From Octopus sinensis (lineage: Eukaryota): 64,000 bases of DNA. The notes beneath the pieces were generated by a model, which saw only the letters and a program-made list of their open reading frames with translations, did not search any database and had not been told where the DNA came from. Location: positions 26,908,001-26,972,000 of the forward strand of contig NC_043000.1 in the NCBI RefSeq assembly GCF_006345805.1, read 5' to 3'. Made by a program: the position numbers and the translations under genes. Positions 1 to 12,544 of this stretch are shown here, one piece after another (the first letter of the stretch is position 1; each line of letters opens with the position of its first letter).

Positions 1-16
1 CACACATGAATATATA

Positions 17-247
17 TTTCTTTACTACCCACAAGGGGCTAAACACAGAGGGGACAAACAAGAACAGACAAAGCGATTAAGTCGATTCCATCGACCCCAG
101 TGCGTAACTGGTACTTAATTTATCGACCCCGAAAGGATGAAAGGCAAAGTCGACCTTGGCGGAATTTGAACTCAGAACGTAACGGCAGACGAAATACGGC
201 TACGCATTTCGCCCGGCGTGCTACCGTTTCTGCCAGCTCGCCGCCTT
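17..247 (-). mobile_element. tRNA-derived SINE, family A, full length
   Basis: Minus strand reads GGCGGCGAGCTGGCAGAAACG (A-box-like) ... GAGTTCAAATTCC (B box) ... GTCGACTTTGCCTTTCATCCTTTCGGGGTCGATAAATTAAGTACCAG ... tail GGGTAGTAAAGAAATA. Direct repeat CACACATGAATATA at 1-14 and 252-265 is a TSD. Many copies in the window. Confidence 0.93.
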
Positions 248-967
248 CACACACACATGAATATAGTTAAGTGTGTTGTGTATGTTGTGTGTATGGTTGT
301 GTGTGTATGGTGGTGGTGTGTGTGTGCATTAATGTAGAAGTAAAATGATATTCAACCATGGTGTGCGTTTGTGATTGTGTTGTAGAGTCCTGGACACAGA
401 TTTGGCTTACAGCAAATTTGCTCTTGATCTGCATTGCTGTTTACTCGCGAGCTCTAATGTTGTACAAGGTAACACATTTGTCATGATTGAGGTGTGATAA
501 TAATATAATCGATTAATCTCCTGGTGTTTCTAACAAGTAAGTATATCATATATCTCGGAGAATAAAAAAATTCGCTCAATATTCGAATCTGTAAAGTCAA
601 ACAATGCATATAAATACAACGTCTGCTCTTAAATTCACCGTTGTCTCTGGTATTGCAAATAATGGTGAAATTGCGTTTTTGTAAATGAAGTATGATACAC
701 TTGGCTGAACTGAATCCATTCTACCCTGACTAACTTTTATTTCATTCTGAATGAAATAATGAAATGCAGTCACCATAAGTATCGGATAAATTTGTAAGTA
801 GAACGCACCAGCAGAAAGCGAATCATACAGAAACCCCATGTTTGAGGCATTAGTTATCTTTGACTTGAGTTTGGTGATATCGAACTTTGAACTAACTGAA
901 TTAGATTTGGAGCGATTATTGCGCAGCGGATTTTTTGGTTATAGTATTTTTCTTATATGGAAAATAT

Positions 968-1279
968 AAACAATTGCAGGGTGGAAGGTGCTTATAAGCC
1001 ATTAAAAAAAAACACTCAAAAACCGTTAGATTCACTTCAACATTTCAATATAATTTGCCAAAATATTTTCGTCGCTTTGAAACCGCGACCTGTTCACTGG
1101 AAAAATTTCGTGCTGCACCTCAAAATTCCATGCAGCACGGAATTTTGTGATTGAACATGTCGCGGTTTCAAAGCGACGAAAATATTTCCACAAATGAAAC
1201 TGAAATGTCAAAGTGTAGCGAACGGGGTTTTTTTTTGTGTTTTTAAATGGCTTATAAACCTTTCACTCTGCAATTGTTT
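968..1279. repeat. Long imperfect inverted repeat (fold-back/MITE-like), ~150 bp arms, 13 nt loop
   Basis: AAACAATTGCAG...CGTGCTGCA (968-1117) pairs with TGCAGCACG...CTGCAATTGTTT (1131-1279), including AAATATTTTCGTCGCTTTGAAACCGCGAC / GTCGCGGTTTCAAAGCGACGAAAATATTT. Confidence 0.9.
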
Positions 1280-1722
1280 TTGTTTGGGCACACGATCTCA
1301 GAAAAGGTCACTTGCTATGCAAGTACATTTTCGTAATTCGGAAAATATAAAGTTATTGAAATAAGGATTAATTTGCCGTCTCACAGTCTTTAACATATTT
1401 TCTCGAACTTTTTCCTTAAGGAGCTGCATTAATTGTGGCTTCTGCAATTAGGGAGGAGACGCGACTTGGTTTTCTTGCTTTCGTTTCTTTCTTCCCGTTC
1501 CATTTTTTTTCCATCAAACTTCCTCTCGTTTTTCTCCTCCATTTCTTTTTCTTATTCTCTTTGTGTCCAGCAACCTTGTTTTTTTTTTAATATGTATATA
1601 ACGCATAAACAGAGCATGAAACTTTTCTTGGAGATACATGGCGTATTTTATGAATACGCCTACTTTTTAGTGTCATAAAGGCATGAAACGATTTGTAGCT
1701 CTTTTGGTTGCATGTTAAATTG

Positions 1723-1788
<66 letters not shown>

Positions 1789-1802
1789 ATGTGTGCACGC
1801 GG

Positions 1803-2175
1803 GAATCTCACTCTCTCTCTGTCAAGTAGTTGACTACTATGATGGAATTTTAGACTGGTGCATTGTTCTGGTGCAGGATCGCTGGTCGTTTGTGATGAAA
1901 TCTCTTCTTGAATCCACCCCACTTAAAACCTCCACAAAGTACTCTATTTGGTCGTCTGACCAGAGGGCATCCAGTGGCTGCAGATGATACCCTTACCATC
2001 GAAAACGGAACCGCCATGGTTTTCTCGATAGTCTTACTTTGTCAATCTCTTGTACCATCTAAAAAACGGATATTCGGCTCATGCAAATTAATCCATAGGC
2101 ACTCTATGGCATTTTCACCCAGTTTAACACAAAATGTTATTGCGTAGTGAAATCCCAATTTTGTTTTCCCGTCCC
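1803..2175 (-). pseudogene. Internally deleted, degraded mariner transposase
   Basis: Minus-strand frames give HYAITFCVKLGENA (HTH start), FRWYKR, then a jump to TMAVPFxDGKGIICSHWMPSGQT and ILHQNNAPV*NSIIVVNYLTER, matching mariner motifs VMLTVFWD..G and LHQDNAPxH. Confidence 0.8.
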
Positions 2176-3952
2176 GATTGCATTTTGCAAACTAGTCAAG
2201 TGTGACAGTGTTTACAGGATGTGTTCAATGTGCTGTTCAAGCTGTTTTCTTCAATCTGTAATAACAAAAGTTGGCAAGTCAAGTTATAAGGTGGACAGTA
2301 ACAATATACTAAAGTTACAGTTATTTAGAAAAGTTATAACTGCTTCTTTTAAAAAAAGTCTCAAAACATCTGGAATGCACATCGTACATATTAAAGCAGT
2401 CAAATAGCAAATAAATTGATGTGTCGCGCAACAACATTCAGAAGCATCTTGCGTTGCCTTGCTTATTCCAATCCTCATTGCTGATGGTGAAGGAACATGA
2501 GTTCATGCATCGTATCCCTTCATCGATTCCTGCCTCTGGCCATAGTTGTACATTCAGCCAGGAATCATTCTCTCTATTGTATGATGTTCAGTCAGCGTTT
2601 GAACAGAGAGAGATAAGGCTTTCCAACAAGCTGTATATTGATATAATTATTTTCATTAACATAGGCACTCCTTTGTTAGAATTTGATCTCGTTTCCTGTA
2701 ATCTACGTAAATGCGCGGTAACATTTGTAAATATATCAGTTTTCCAGGTTCTGGTTTCGCGTGTGTCATGATACCAATTTCTTCAAAGTACAATGGTCTG
2801 TGTATCATGCGCATCTGCAATGAAATATCGTAGTTTCCGCGCTCGGAAAATGCGGGAGCAGTTACAAATCTCCAGTCGCTTGAACAGCTGAATCCTTCTT
2901 TGTTACAGAGTATAAAAACTGACGTTTCTCTCAACTTCAATGCATAAACAACACATGTTATATCTCATTGAGCAATACATAATGGATATTTTGAAAAAGA
3001 AGCTACGTTCTAGTCAGTTTGCTTAAGTCCGGGTGACCAAGATAATTTGCATTGTTAGCATATTTGGCTCGGAGTAAAAGGTAGTTTTTATGATCCATTA
3101 CGAGGAGGGGATCCAAGAAGTTGTCAATCAAGTATGCTCAAACTGGAAAGATGACTCAAGTGCTTGCAACAGACAAAACTCGGTTAAAGGTACTCCAACG
3201 TGCGAGATGATGGTGTTAAACTGGGAGACATATTATGTCTGCCACCAAAGAAGACTACAGTGAGGTTTGAACTCAGAATGCAAAGAGGCAGAACAAATAA
3301 CTCAAGGCAGCTGGTCGGATGATTTTAATCTTTCGTTAATCCACCATCTTGGACTGTTATTTTTTCATCGATCTCGTATTGATGAACGGCAAAGTTGACA
3401 TCGCTGATTTGATCTCAGGGCGTAGAGAATCTGAAAATATTGTGTGTGACGTATAAATTCTGGGGGCCGACAAATTTTTATAGACACGTATCTTAGATTA
3501 GGTAATTTTCTTAAGGCCACATTACAGCTTGCTCCTGATTCCTTTGAGCACTTTAGAAATTAATGAGACCTTCACATACGTTAATACGGGATATACCAAG
3601 ACATTAAAGATAAACAAAGAGAAAAGCATGAACGAGATCGTGGAGAAAGAGAGAGAGATAAAGAGAGATAGCAACGTAAAGAGTGGGAGAGGGTTTGAGA
3701 CAGCCAAATTATGTAAAGGAGCTCTTTGTGTCCATATAATCAGATCGAACCAATACATACCTTTTTATCTCATTCCTGTACTGAAATCTTTAGCATGCTC
3801 ACATTTTATATCATTATTTTCCTTTTGATATATATATATATATATATAATATATATATATATATAACGGGAAGCTTTATGAAAATAGACAAAAGACGAAG
3901 GCAGGTTTACGGAAATAAACAAAAGACGAAGGCAGGTGGAATACAAACAAAC

Positions 3953-4270
<318 letters not shown>

Positions 4271-5464
4271 TACTTAAACCTTCCTTGAATGGGCCTTTTA
4301 CATGCCGAAATCTACTTGGTGAAATTAATGATTATTCCAAATTAATTAATTTCACCCTATATTATTATTGATAATTATATATATATATATATGGGTATAT
4401 ATACGTGCACGTATGTATTCTTTCATTCTCTTTGCCTTTTGGGGATTGCAGTCATCAGACTGTGATCGGGGACCTTCTCAATGTTTTGGTCCCTGATACG
4501 GGGCTATAGCCGTAGTGTTTACCTAAGCTTCTTATCATTTCCCGCGTTTTCTATTTGTCAAATAAGTTAGTTACGGATGATGGCGGATATAATTTAGTGA
4601 TGGCATTTGTACCTGACTGCTCGGCCCGGCTGGGAATGTCTACGAAATGTCCCCAACGGTACGATATGACCGTGAGTTTCCTACACACTGGCAAAAGATG
4701 ATGGGATGGTCAGTGCTGAAATGGCTTTGATCCTGCGCTTGCTCAATCAGTACTGGACCTGGTGGCCTGGTACGAAAGATCAACCACGATGACCACTATC
4801 ACAACAGAACAACAACGATGGCCACGACGACAACAACAACAACAAAACAACAGCGGCAGTAGTAAGGAAATACACAAATCATTCATATATTAAAGGGAAA
4901 TATAGAAAATATTAATATGGTAGGGATTTGAACACGCAAATAGGATTGTGCAAGCATGCAGATACAATCACACACAGACACACACTAACATTGACGTACA
5001 TAGATCTGTATACACACTCTCATACCTAAAGTTTCTCACACTCTAGTTATATAGTATCAATCAGTCATATACCTTTCTATATAGTTATAAATGTGTAAAA
5101 TTTTTATTACTATCTCCATATAACTTTCAATATATCTATTCAATAAAGTACAGTAGTAGCGGCCAGGATATAAGTATTAATGGCTATGTATAGAGATACG
5201 CATACAATAATACGTATCACTCGTCATTTTGTCGTCCAGGCATGATTCTATGTTTCTGTCTATGAGTATAACGATATCTAGACACATTGGTCCACTGTAT
5301 ACACATACACACACTTACATAATATTACTCACACACACATGCATATATGTGTGTTTCTGTGTGCATGTATAATGACTATATAAATATTAGGTTGATTGTT
5401 TGATATGTATATATATACATATTATAAATACAAACACACACACACAAACATACATACTTACACA

Positions 5465-5497
<33 letters not shown>

Positions 5498-5589
5498 ACA
5501 TAGCCTCTTACACACAGTCACACACACATTTTAGCGATTTGTGAACATATATATGTGTGTGTGTCTAAATATGCTTGCATCTGTATATC

Positions 5590-5614
5590 TATGTGCGTAT
5601 ATGTATATATATAT

Positions 5615-5687
<73 letters not shown>

Positions 5688-5715
5688 TGTATGTATATAT
5701 ATATATATATATACA
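5590..5715. repeat. (TA)n microsatellite, representative of many
   Basis: Long AT dinucleotide run. Similar runs at ~1722-1775, 3830-4050, 8960-9125, 28670-28960, 30375-30560, 33028-33090, 36095-36365, 45700-45790, 49190-49300, 52815-52900 and 56155-56220. These generate the poly-IY ORFs in the track. Confidence 0.98.
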
Positions 5716-6875
5716 CGCATACGTACGAGCACAGATATATATCCGATTGATGGGGAGGAGAGAGAGAGAGAGGGAAACATTGAGAGGTACAGGGAGGGAA
5801 AAGAAGCTAGAAGAAAGAGAGTGAGGCGAAGAAATGGTATGATATGATAAATCAGTCCACGCTCAGTTATTCTCATACAATCTTCACTTTATTTCTCTTT
5901 GGATGTCAGATATTCATAAACAGCTGCGCGCAGACACTCCCCGTTTTATGGCACAGCATAATACCACACTCACTATAAAATACAATGAATTCGCAAACAC
6001 ATACTAATCTTCCTCCTGCATTCACTTTAAAGTTATGTCTCCTATAAATGACATTTGATACATCGATCCAATATTAAACAACATAAATCTATCAGGTATT
6101 TCCCTTGATAGATGTGTTAGTGGAATATATCCTCTGGACGCTTCATAGATGTGATAGAGGAATATATCTACTGTTATTTGATATCCACTTTAGTACAGGT
6201 TACACATGATTTAGCTACAACTACCTGGCTGCCTGTTGGCCAGAAATCTATTCTATTTCTATTGATATCTCGGCAATAGATTTTTGCTCACACATCTGTC
6301 AGTTACCATCGAATGTTATTTGCTCCTACTGTTTCGTTCATTTTATACATTAATTCTAATACGTAGAAACCATACAGTGTGGCATTTTAAATTAAGCTCG
6401 GTATAATCGTAGTTCTTATCAAACCATTTTATTATTGCAGATTGCCGCTTTGAGGGCTGTCTTAATAGCTAGCTATCACACATATAAGGTTACATCTTTC
6501 TCTGGTCCTTAATAAATGTGCCACACAACAAGAAACTAGTAATCATTTGACAAGGAACTAAACTTGATATTAATACTATAAAATTCTTTGTCCTCCCTTC
6601 GAAATACATTACAACGTATTTATATCCCTAGCATACATACGACATACATGCACATATATATACATACATGCATATTAATGTACATACATATACACACACG
6701 CACCTATATATTTATATATACGATGATGGCTGTCCACTCGTGACCGAAGTAGTATATCATTGACCATTAAGAACACTGTGTATATATACATTGTGTGTGT
6801 GTGTGTATACGTGTTTTACTTGATGAATGAATGTGTCAAGTACTGTTATATGCATTTCCAATACCAATATAGTAT

Positions 6876-7216
6876 TTAGTCTTAGTTCTTCTCGTATATT
6901 GATCTACGGAGGGGCAGTAAGATGGCTGCCTTGTTTTCGGTTTCGAGCAAAGTCTTGTGCATCTTTTCAGGGGAAGCTAATTTCAGATCTTTTTGGAGGT
7001 GACGTGTCATGCGTTCTTGAGTCTCCTTCTCTTTCTTTGTCCTTCTGGTGGTACATATTGTTTAGCTGCCTTGGATAAGCTTTCTTCAGGATGTCGGGAC
7101 ACATGACTTCACTCTTCTATCCAGCATAAACTCCGACAGGAGAGCTAATCTGCCTAATCTGAAAGAGATTCTGCTGGAAAGAAAAATGAGACTTGTAGGT
7201 CATGTTTTCCAACTGC
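6876..7216 (-). mobile_element. RTE-clade LINE 3' fragment with inverted 5' segment
   Basis: Plus strand 7141-7216 encodes RANLPNLKEILLERKMRLVGHVFQL. Minus strand from ~7093 encodes HPEESLSKAAKQYVPPEGQRKRRRLKNA*, then degenerate LQKDLK..ARNRKQ and tail AGAACTAAGACTAA. Joined, these match the RTE C-terminal consensus RLRWxGHVxR...PxGxRxRGRPKxTW. Confidence 0.75.
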
Positions 7217-7730
7217 TAAATATGTTTTTAAACGGCTTGAAACATTTCGCATCCTCCCCAAAAGGAAGTAGGAATCTAGCTCGAGCCATCTTACTCCTTT
7301 TAGTCACTTCATCTGTTAGAAATAGCAATGAATTGTCTCTCAAATCATACATAACAAAGTTAATAACATAAAGATGCTTTGATATAATTTGTCTGCGCAA
7401 TCAAGGCCGTCTTGTGGCTTATAACAAAAATAAGAAAGCCATTATCAGGAATAGAATTTTCTCTTGATGATTGGCATATATTTAGCTCTGCAAAATGCAA
7501 GTTTGATGCACATCAAAGTGTTGTTATTGAAATATTTGTCGGTACAGCTGCTAAACATTCAAAAACTTTCTGGATTGCCTCTCTACCACACCATGCAGTT
7601 GAACTCCATTTCTTCAGTCATAAACGTATGAAAACCAATTGTACACTGCTGCTATTTATTGTACTACGACTACAACTTTTCCTGCACTTTCACACCCGTT
7701 CATCCTAATGTCTGACGATCCAGTATTTCT

Positions 7731-7968
7731 TATTTCTTATTTTTTACTGCCCACAAGAGGCTAAACACAGAGAGGACAAACAAGGACAGACAAACGGATT
7801 AAGTCGATTATATCGACCCCAGTGCGTGACTGGTACTTACTTAATCGACCCCGAAAGGGCGAAAGGCCAAGTCAACCTCGGTGGAATTTGAACTCAGAAC
7901 GTAACGGCAGACGAAATACCGCTAAGCATTTCACCCGGCGTGTTAACGTTTCTGGCAGATCGCCGCCT
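7731..7968 (-). mobile_element. SINE family A, full length, 20 bp TSD
   Basis: Same sequence as 17-247. TSD TCTGACGATCCAGTATTTCT at 7711-7730 and 7969-7988. Confidence 0.95.
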
Positions 7969-8990
7969 TCTGACGATCCAGTATTTCTACTAAAAACTTT
8001 CATCGTCGTTTCATCCTTGTGTACTCCAAATCTCTAGAACTACTATATATCAATATTTTCCTTACAATCATCTATCAAAAATATTGCTCGGTAAAAAACA
8101 ACCATGGGAAGACATGACAACACTATGGTTTCTTTAGCAAAGTGCTGAGGAACCGTTTCTTCGTATTCAATAACAAAAACATAAAATCACATAAAGAGAT
8201 TTCAATATATATGCTGACTTGGAGACTAGGCAAGTGCTTGTAATCCGATTACAAGCAGATTTAAAATAAACAGATAGAATCCAAACTTTATTTTATTTAT
8301 GATTTAATACAACCTACCTTGGTAAACAAAATGATAATAAATCAACAGAATATTTATATATACTTTCTTTTTCGTGCTTGCATAGTATTTTCTGCTTTAT
8401 AGAGATCAGCAAAACTGATATTTCTTCAAGACTTGGTTTATCTCTTACATCATTATCTCATTAATTGCTGCTAACTTCAGTCAAACCCCAGAGCAACAAT
8501 CTCCTTATTTTCTTGATTATATTTACCTTCTTATATCATCCTTTAATCTATTCGCTCCATCTTTGACGATGTGTGTAGAACGTGATGATGGTCCATCGAG
8601 TGATTCTGGATTTGAGTGATGCGTTAATAATACAAACATTCTCGTTAAAATACATGCGTGTTATGAAGCCTAACTTGCTTTCCAATAATACTTTCTGAAA
8701 TTTGTTTATCGATAATCATTTCTTTTCTGTATATATTTACACAATAATCATATCGTGGCTCAGTTAAAAACCTAACAAAAATATCTTATAACAAAAACAA
8801 CACATCACAGAATAGTTAAATCTAATTTTAACTTGTACATACATACATACATGCAACACACATACACATATATGCATATATACCCACACACACATATATC
8901 CATATATATCCACACAAACTCATGTATGTAAGTATGATTGTGTGTGTGTGTATATATATATAATATATATATATATATATACATATATAC

Positions 8991-9051
<61 letters not shown>

Positions 9052-9094
9052 TATAAATATATATATATATATATATACATATATACATACATAC

Positions 9095-9125
<31 letters not shown>

Positions 9126-9819
9126 AAAGAAGCATCTACAGAGAATATATATATATATATTCTCTGTAGATGCCTCTTTCTCACAAATCATCATCTCTTG
9201 TGTTGTTTGTCCGAAGCAGTTATGACTGTAAAGATCTATAAAGTGTTCAATTACAATCCAAATGATCGATAAAAATAGATCAGTGAATGCATCATCCATT
9301 TTGTTCTGTGATTTTATAAATCTTTGCGTTGTGATTTAGAGAGATCTGCCGCTTCTGTTTCTAACGGAAGATCGCCTTCTTTGAGTCTTTCCCGCGAACT
9401 TCAAACGTCGGCACTAAGAAATTGCAGACTGGAATTCAATGGAATCGAAAGAAGAACATTGAAATCTTTTTCAAACCACAGCTAACCGCCTTCAAATAAA
9501 TGGTCACTGGTGGACCGACTGTAATCAACTGTCTATTCCATCAGAGGTAACTTGAAGTCATACAAGAAGAAGAAGAAGAACAACAACAACCACAACAACA
9601 TCAATATCAACTGTAGACCTATGTCTATTGAATATTAGGTTGGATTAATTTTTAATCGTCAATAGTTTCAAGAAAAAGGAAATAATATTCGGCCATGTTC
9701 TTCATGCAGTTATTTATCCAATCTTTTCAGAATATCACAAAGTGTAACAAATTTTCATCTTTGTTTCAAAATATCTTTTTTTATGAATTATCTACGATTT
9801 CAACAATCACCCACCGTGT

Positions 9820-9985
9820 CTCCTACAAATATTGGTTTCAGATTTTGTCACAGGTCCAGAATTTTGTGGGAAGAGAAAATGGATTACATTGGCTCCGGTG
9901 CGAACTGGTATTTATTTGATCGACACCGAAAGGACAAACAGCAAAATGGACCGCGGCGGATTTTGAAATCAGAGTCAGAGTAGCA
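9820..9985 (-). mobile_element. Old diverged SINE A-related fragment
   Basis: Contains GAACTGGTATTTATTTGATCGACACCGAAAGGA...GGCGGATTTTGAAATCAG, homologous to the family A central domain, with the older alternative tail. Confidence 0.7.
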
Positions 9986-10712
9986 ATCAGCAAAAGAATC
10001 TGATATAATAAGTTCCAAAATTTAAGAAGGGACAGAAATACTGCGACGAGGTTTTCGACGATAACACTTCAAAGCAGCGCCCTTACATGACATCAGTCCA
10101 AAGAATGAAACTAATACAGATGTACTTTAGATAACCTCTTCGTTTCATATTAGATTAAGATTAACTGGTAACTACGCGTGTTATCCAGAATTAGACGACA
10201 GGAAATTTGAAACATTTTCAGTCTGCTGACTATAGTTAACTCATATCACGAAAGACAATTGTTATAAAATAATTGATTCTTCTTATTAGTGTTTCGATTC
10301 AGTCTTTGTAGGTGGCACCGCAATAATTGATAACTGCAATTAAAATGAATAAATCACGTTTGCGTTTGGTGAACATAAAATAGATACAACGGGAGGACAT
10401 GGCGTGCATGCTTTATGTTACTTATTAATGAAGAAGAAACACCGCTTTTATCGTATCAATAGAGGAAAGAAAGGGAAGTCACATGCTATTTTAATAATAT
10501 AACGAAAGGAGGTAAAACAATATAGATGGTATCGCACGTTTCAATGATTTGAAATGTTAATAAATTAAAGGATGTTAGCATTATGATACCTCTCGTTGAA
10601 CTGGAAGGGAAGGAATATTTACACTGCCAGGGATATTCGAAGAAAGCAGTTCACAGATCAGTCTTCGGCAAGATGATGATGATGATGATGATGATGATGA
10701 TAACAATAATAA

Positions 10713-10922
10713 TTCTTTCTTCTAAAAGTACAAGCCGTGAAATTTGCTGTGGAGGGAACTAGTCGATTGGATCGACCCCCAAGTGTTTCGAATTTACTAA
10801 ATTTATTTATCGACACCGAAAGGATGAAAAGCAAAGGCGATCTCGGTGGAATTTGATCACAGAGCGTAAGGGCAGACGAAATGCCGCTAAGCATTTTACC
10901 CAGCGTGCGAACGATTTTGCCA
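10713..10922 (-). mobile_element. Older SINE A-related copy with alternative tail
   Basis: TTTATCGACACCGAAAGGATGAAAAGCAAAGGCGATCTCGGTGGAATTTGA...GACGAAATGCCGCTAAGCATTTT matches the family A head and core. Confidence 0.8.
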
Positions 10923-10924
10923 AA

Positions 10925-10980
<56 letters not shown>

Positions 10981-11467
10981 CATCTGATCTTAACTGATTG
11001 GAAGTGTTATCATGAATATGTTTTGCCTTGGCATAAAAAATGGTCTACGGCAAATATTCTGCTCAATACCAGAGATTTGCTTGTCAGTTGTTTGACCCTA
11101 ACCAGTTGAGCATGTCCCTCGATGACTGACGATATGTGTATCTCTGATTACAAGCAGAAGTAGTAGGTGAGCATCATGGCCTGGTATTGAGAAGAATTCT
11201 TTGTGGTTTGAATTGTCCACCTCTGGAAACATGGGTGTTTCGTTCAATATCCTTAAACAAACCCTATTCAGGGACCTTTTGAGCGTGACGAGCTACTCGA
11301 CCTGAAAGAAGATTTAACTGGGCTCCAACTCCAAGATCATGCGCTTTTTATCTTGATATATGTAGTCATCTATCTTGATACATCGCGCCAGATGAGTTGT
11401 CATGATGGGTACACTGGGCTTCGTATATTTTACCCTATTGTCACTTTGGTGGCATGCGCTGCTCAGT

Positions 11468-11469
<2 letters not shown>
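10981..11469 (+). mobile_element. Non-coding ~500 bp interspersed element flanked by (TAA)n (family T)
   Basis: TCTGATCTTAACTGATTGGAAGTGTTATCATG...GTCACTTTGGTGGCATGC recurs at 19007-19679. Bounded by (TAA)n at 10926-10980 and 11470-11540. Strand is assigned only from the orientation of the TAA flanks. Confidence 0.75.
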
Positions 11470-11514
<45 letters not shown>

Positions 11515-11540
11515 TAATAATAATAATAAAAATAATAATA

Positions 11541-11647
11541 TCCTATATTCTGTAAGAAACATTAGGAAGGTGCTTGAGATTTGAAGAGAACTTTTATCTC
11601 CAAGCAAGCAGATAAAATACCTGATAACTAAAGAAGCATGCATTAGC
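11541..11647 (+). mobile_element. Possible extreme 3' end of an R4/Dong-like element
   Basis: CATTAGGAAGGTGCTTGAGATTTGA encodes IRKVLEI*, like the ORF end HVLRRALSM* of the young copy. It lies between two TAA arrays. Confidence 0.45.
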
Positions 11648-11662
11648 GTAATAACAATAATG

Positions 11663-11711
<49 letters not shown>

Positions 11712-11733
11712 TATAATAATAATAATAATGATG

Positions 11734-11797
<64 letters not shown>

Positions 11798-11838
11798 TAA
11801 TAATGATAATAATAATAATGATAATAATAATAATAATG

Positions 11839-11908
<70 letters not shown>
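11648..11908. repeat. (TAA)n microsatellite array
   Basis: ~260 bp of AAT with occasional GAT. Further arrays at 10926-10980, 11470-11540 and 12428-12543. Source of the poly-Ile ORFs. Confidence 0.98.
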
Positions 11909-11989
11909 GTGCTGTTATTAGCACGGCATGACTGTTGATAAAAGAGTGCATTAGGATGTTAGTCGAGAATATGGATTCAAAGTGCAGGA

Positions 11990-12262
11990 AAGTTGTATGA
12001 ACAGGAGCCAGAAACTCTGAAATAGATTAAGGATTACAGGATTTTATGAAATTTCTCGATAATGACTGGCCATCCTGCAGAAGCCGTGATATTAGATATG
12101 ATTATAGAGACGACAGAGAGAAATGGCGTATGATTTTGCAATGCCATATAATAGCGTATTGGATATCGAAGAAATCGAAAAATATAATTTGGCAAAAAAA
12201 CAGGACCTAGCTAATGATATGAAGGGGTTTTGGGAAGCTCAGATGACGATTATTCCTGCTAC
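11990..12262 (+). pseudogene. Old R4/Dong-clade restriction-like endonuclease remnant
   Basis: YEQEPETLK*IKDYRIL*NFSIMTGHPAEA..LDMII, then DFAMPY..EEIEK..QDLANDMKGFWEAQMTIIP. Collinear with the WY..PE/ILWDF/PD/D.SIP/K..KY region of the 12603 ORF. Confidence 0.7.
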
Positions 12263-12486
12263 CTAAGTGACGTAAAGATATTGGGAGTCAGATTCACATT
12301 GGCGAACTGCAGGAAAGTGGAATCCTGTATTCATTCAGCAAGAGACCTCAAAATATTCTTGTGATTTGAGAAGAAACGTAGTCAGAAAGCCTCAAGACAA
12401 TATCTCTTCCTGATACAGCATAAAAAATAAAAATAATAATAATAATAATAATAATAATGACGATGATGATGATTATAATAATAATG

Positions 12487-12544
<58 letters not shown>

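Noticed and set aside
17-247. tRNA genes suggested by A/B boxes here and at 15047, 23503, 26713 and 58993
   Set aside because: Each head runs into a repeated body and tail with TSDs and lacks a complete cloverleaf, so they are SINEs.
2400-2960. Possible pogo/Tigger or Helitron coding remnant on the minus strand
   Set aside because: Only vague resemblance (..WLNVQLWP..); no diagnostic motif could be aligned.
5531-5876. Overlapping poly-IY / poly-VC / poly-HT / poly-I ORFs here and throughout the track
   Set aside because: They are translations of (TA)n, (TG)n, (CA)n and (AAT)n microsatellites, not genes.
8420-8620. Open frame ending ERDDGPSSDSGFE* as a protocadherin-like or other exon
   Set aside because: No recognised conserved motif and no convincing splice structure.
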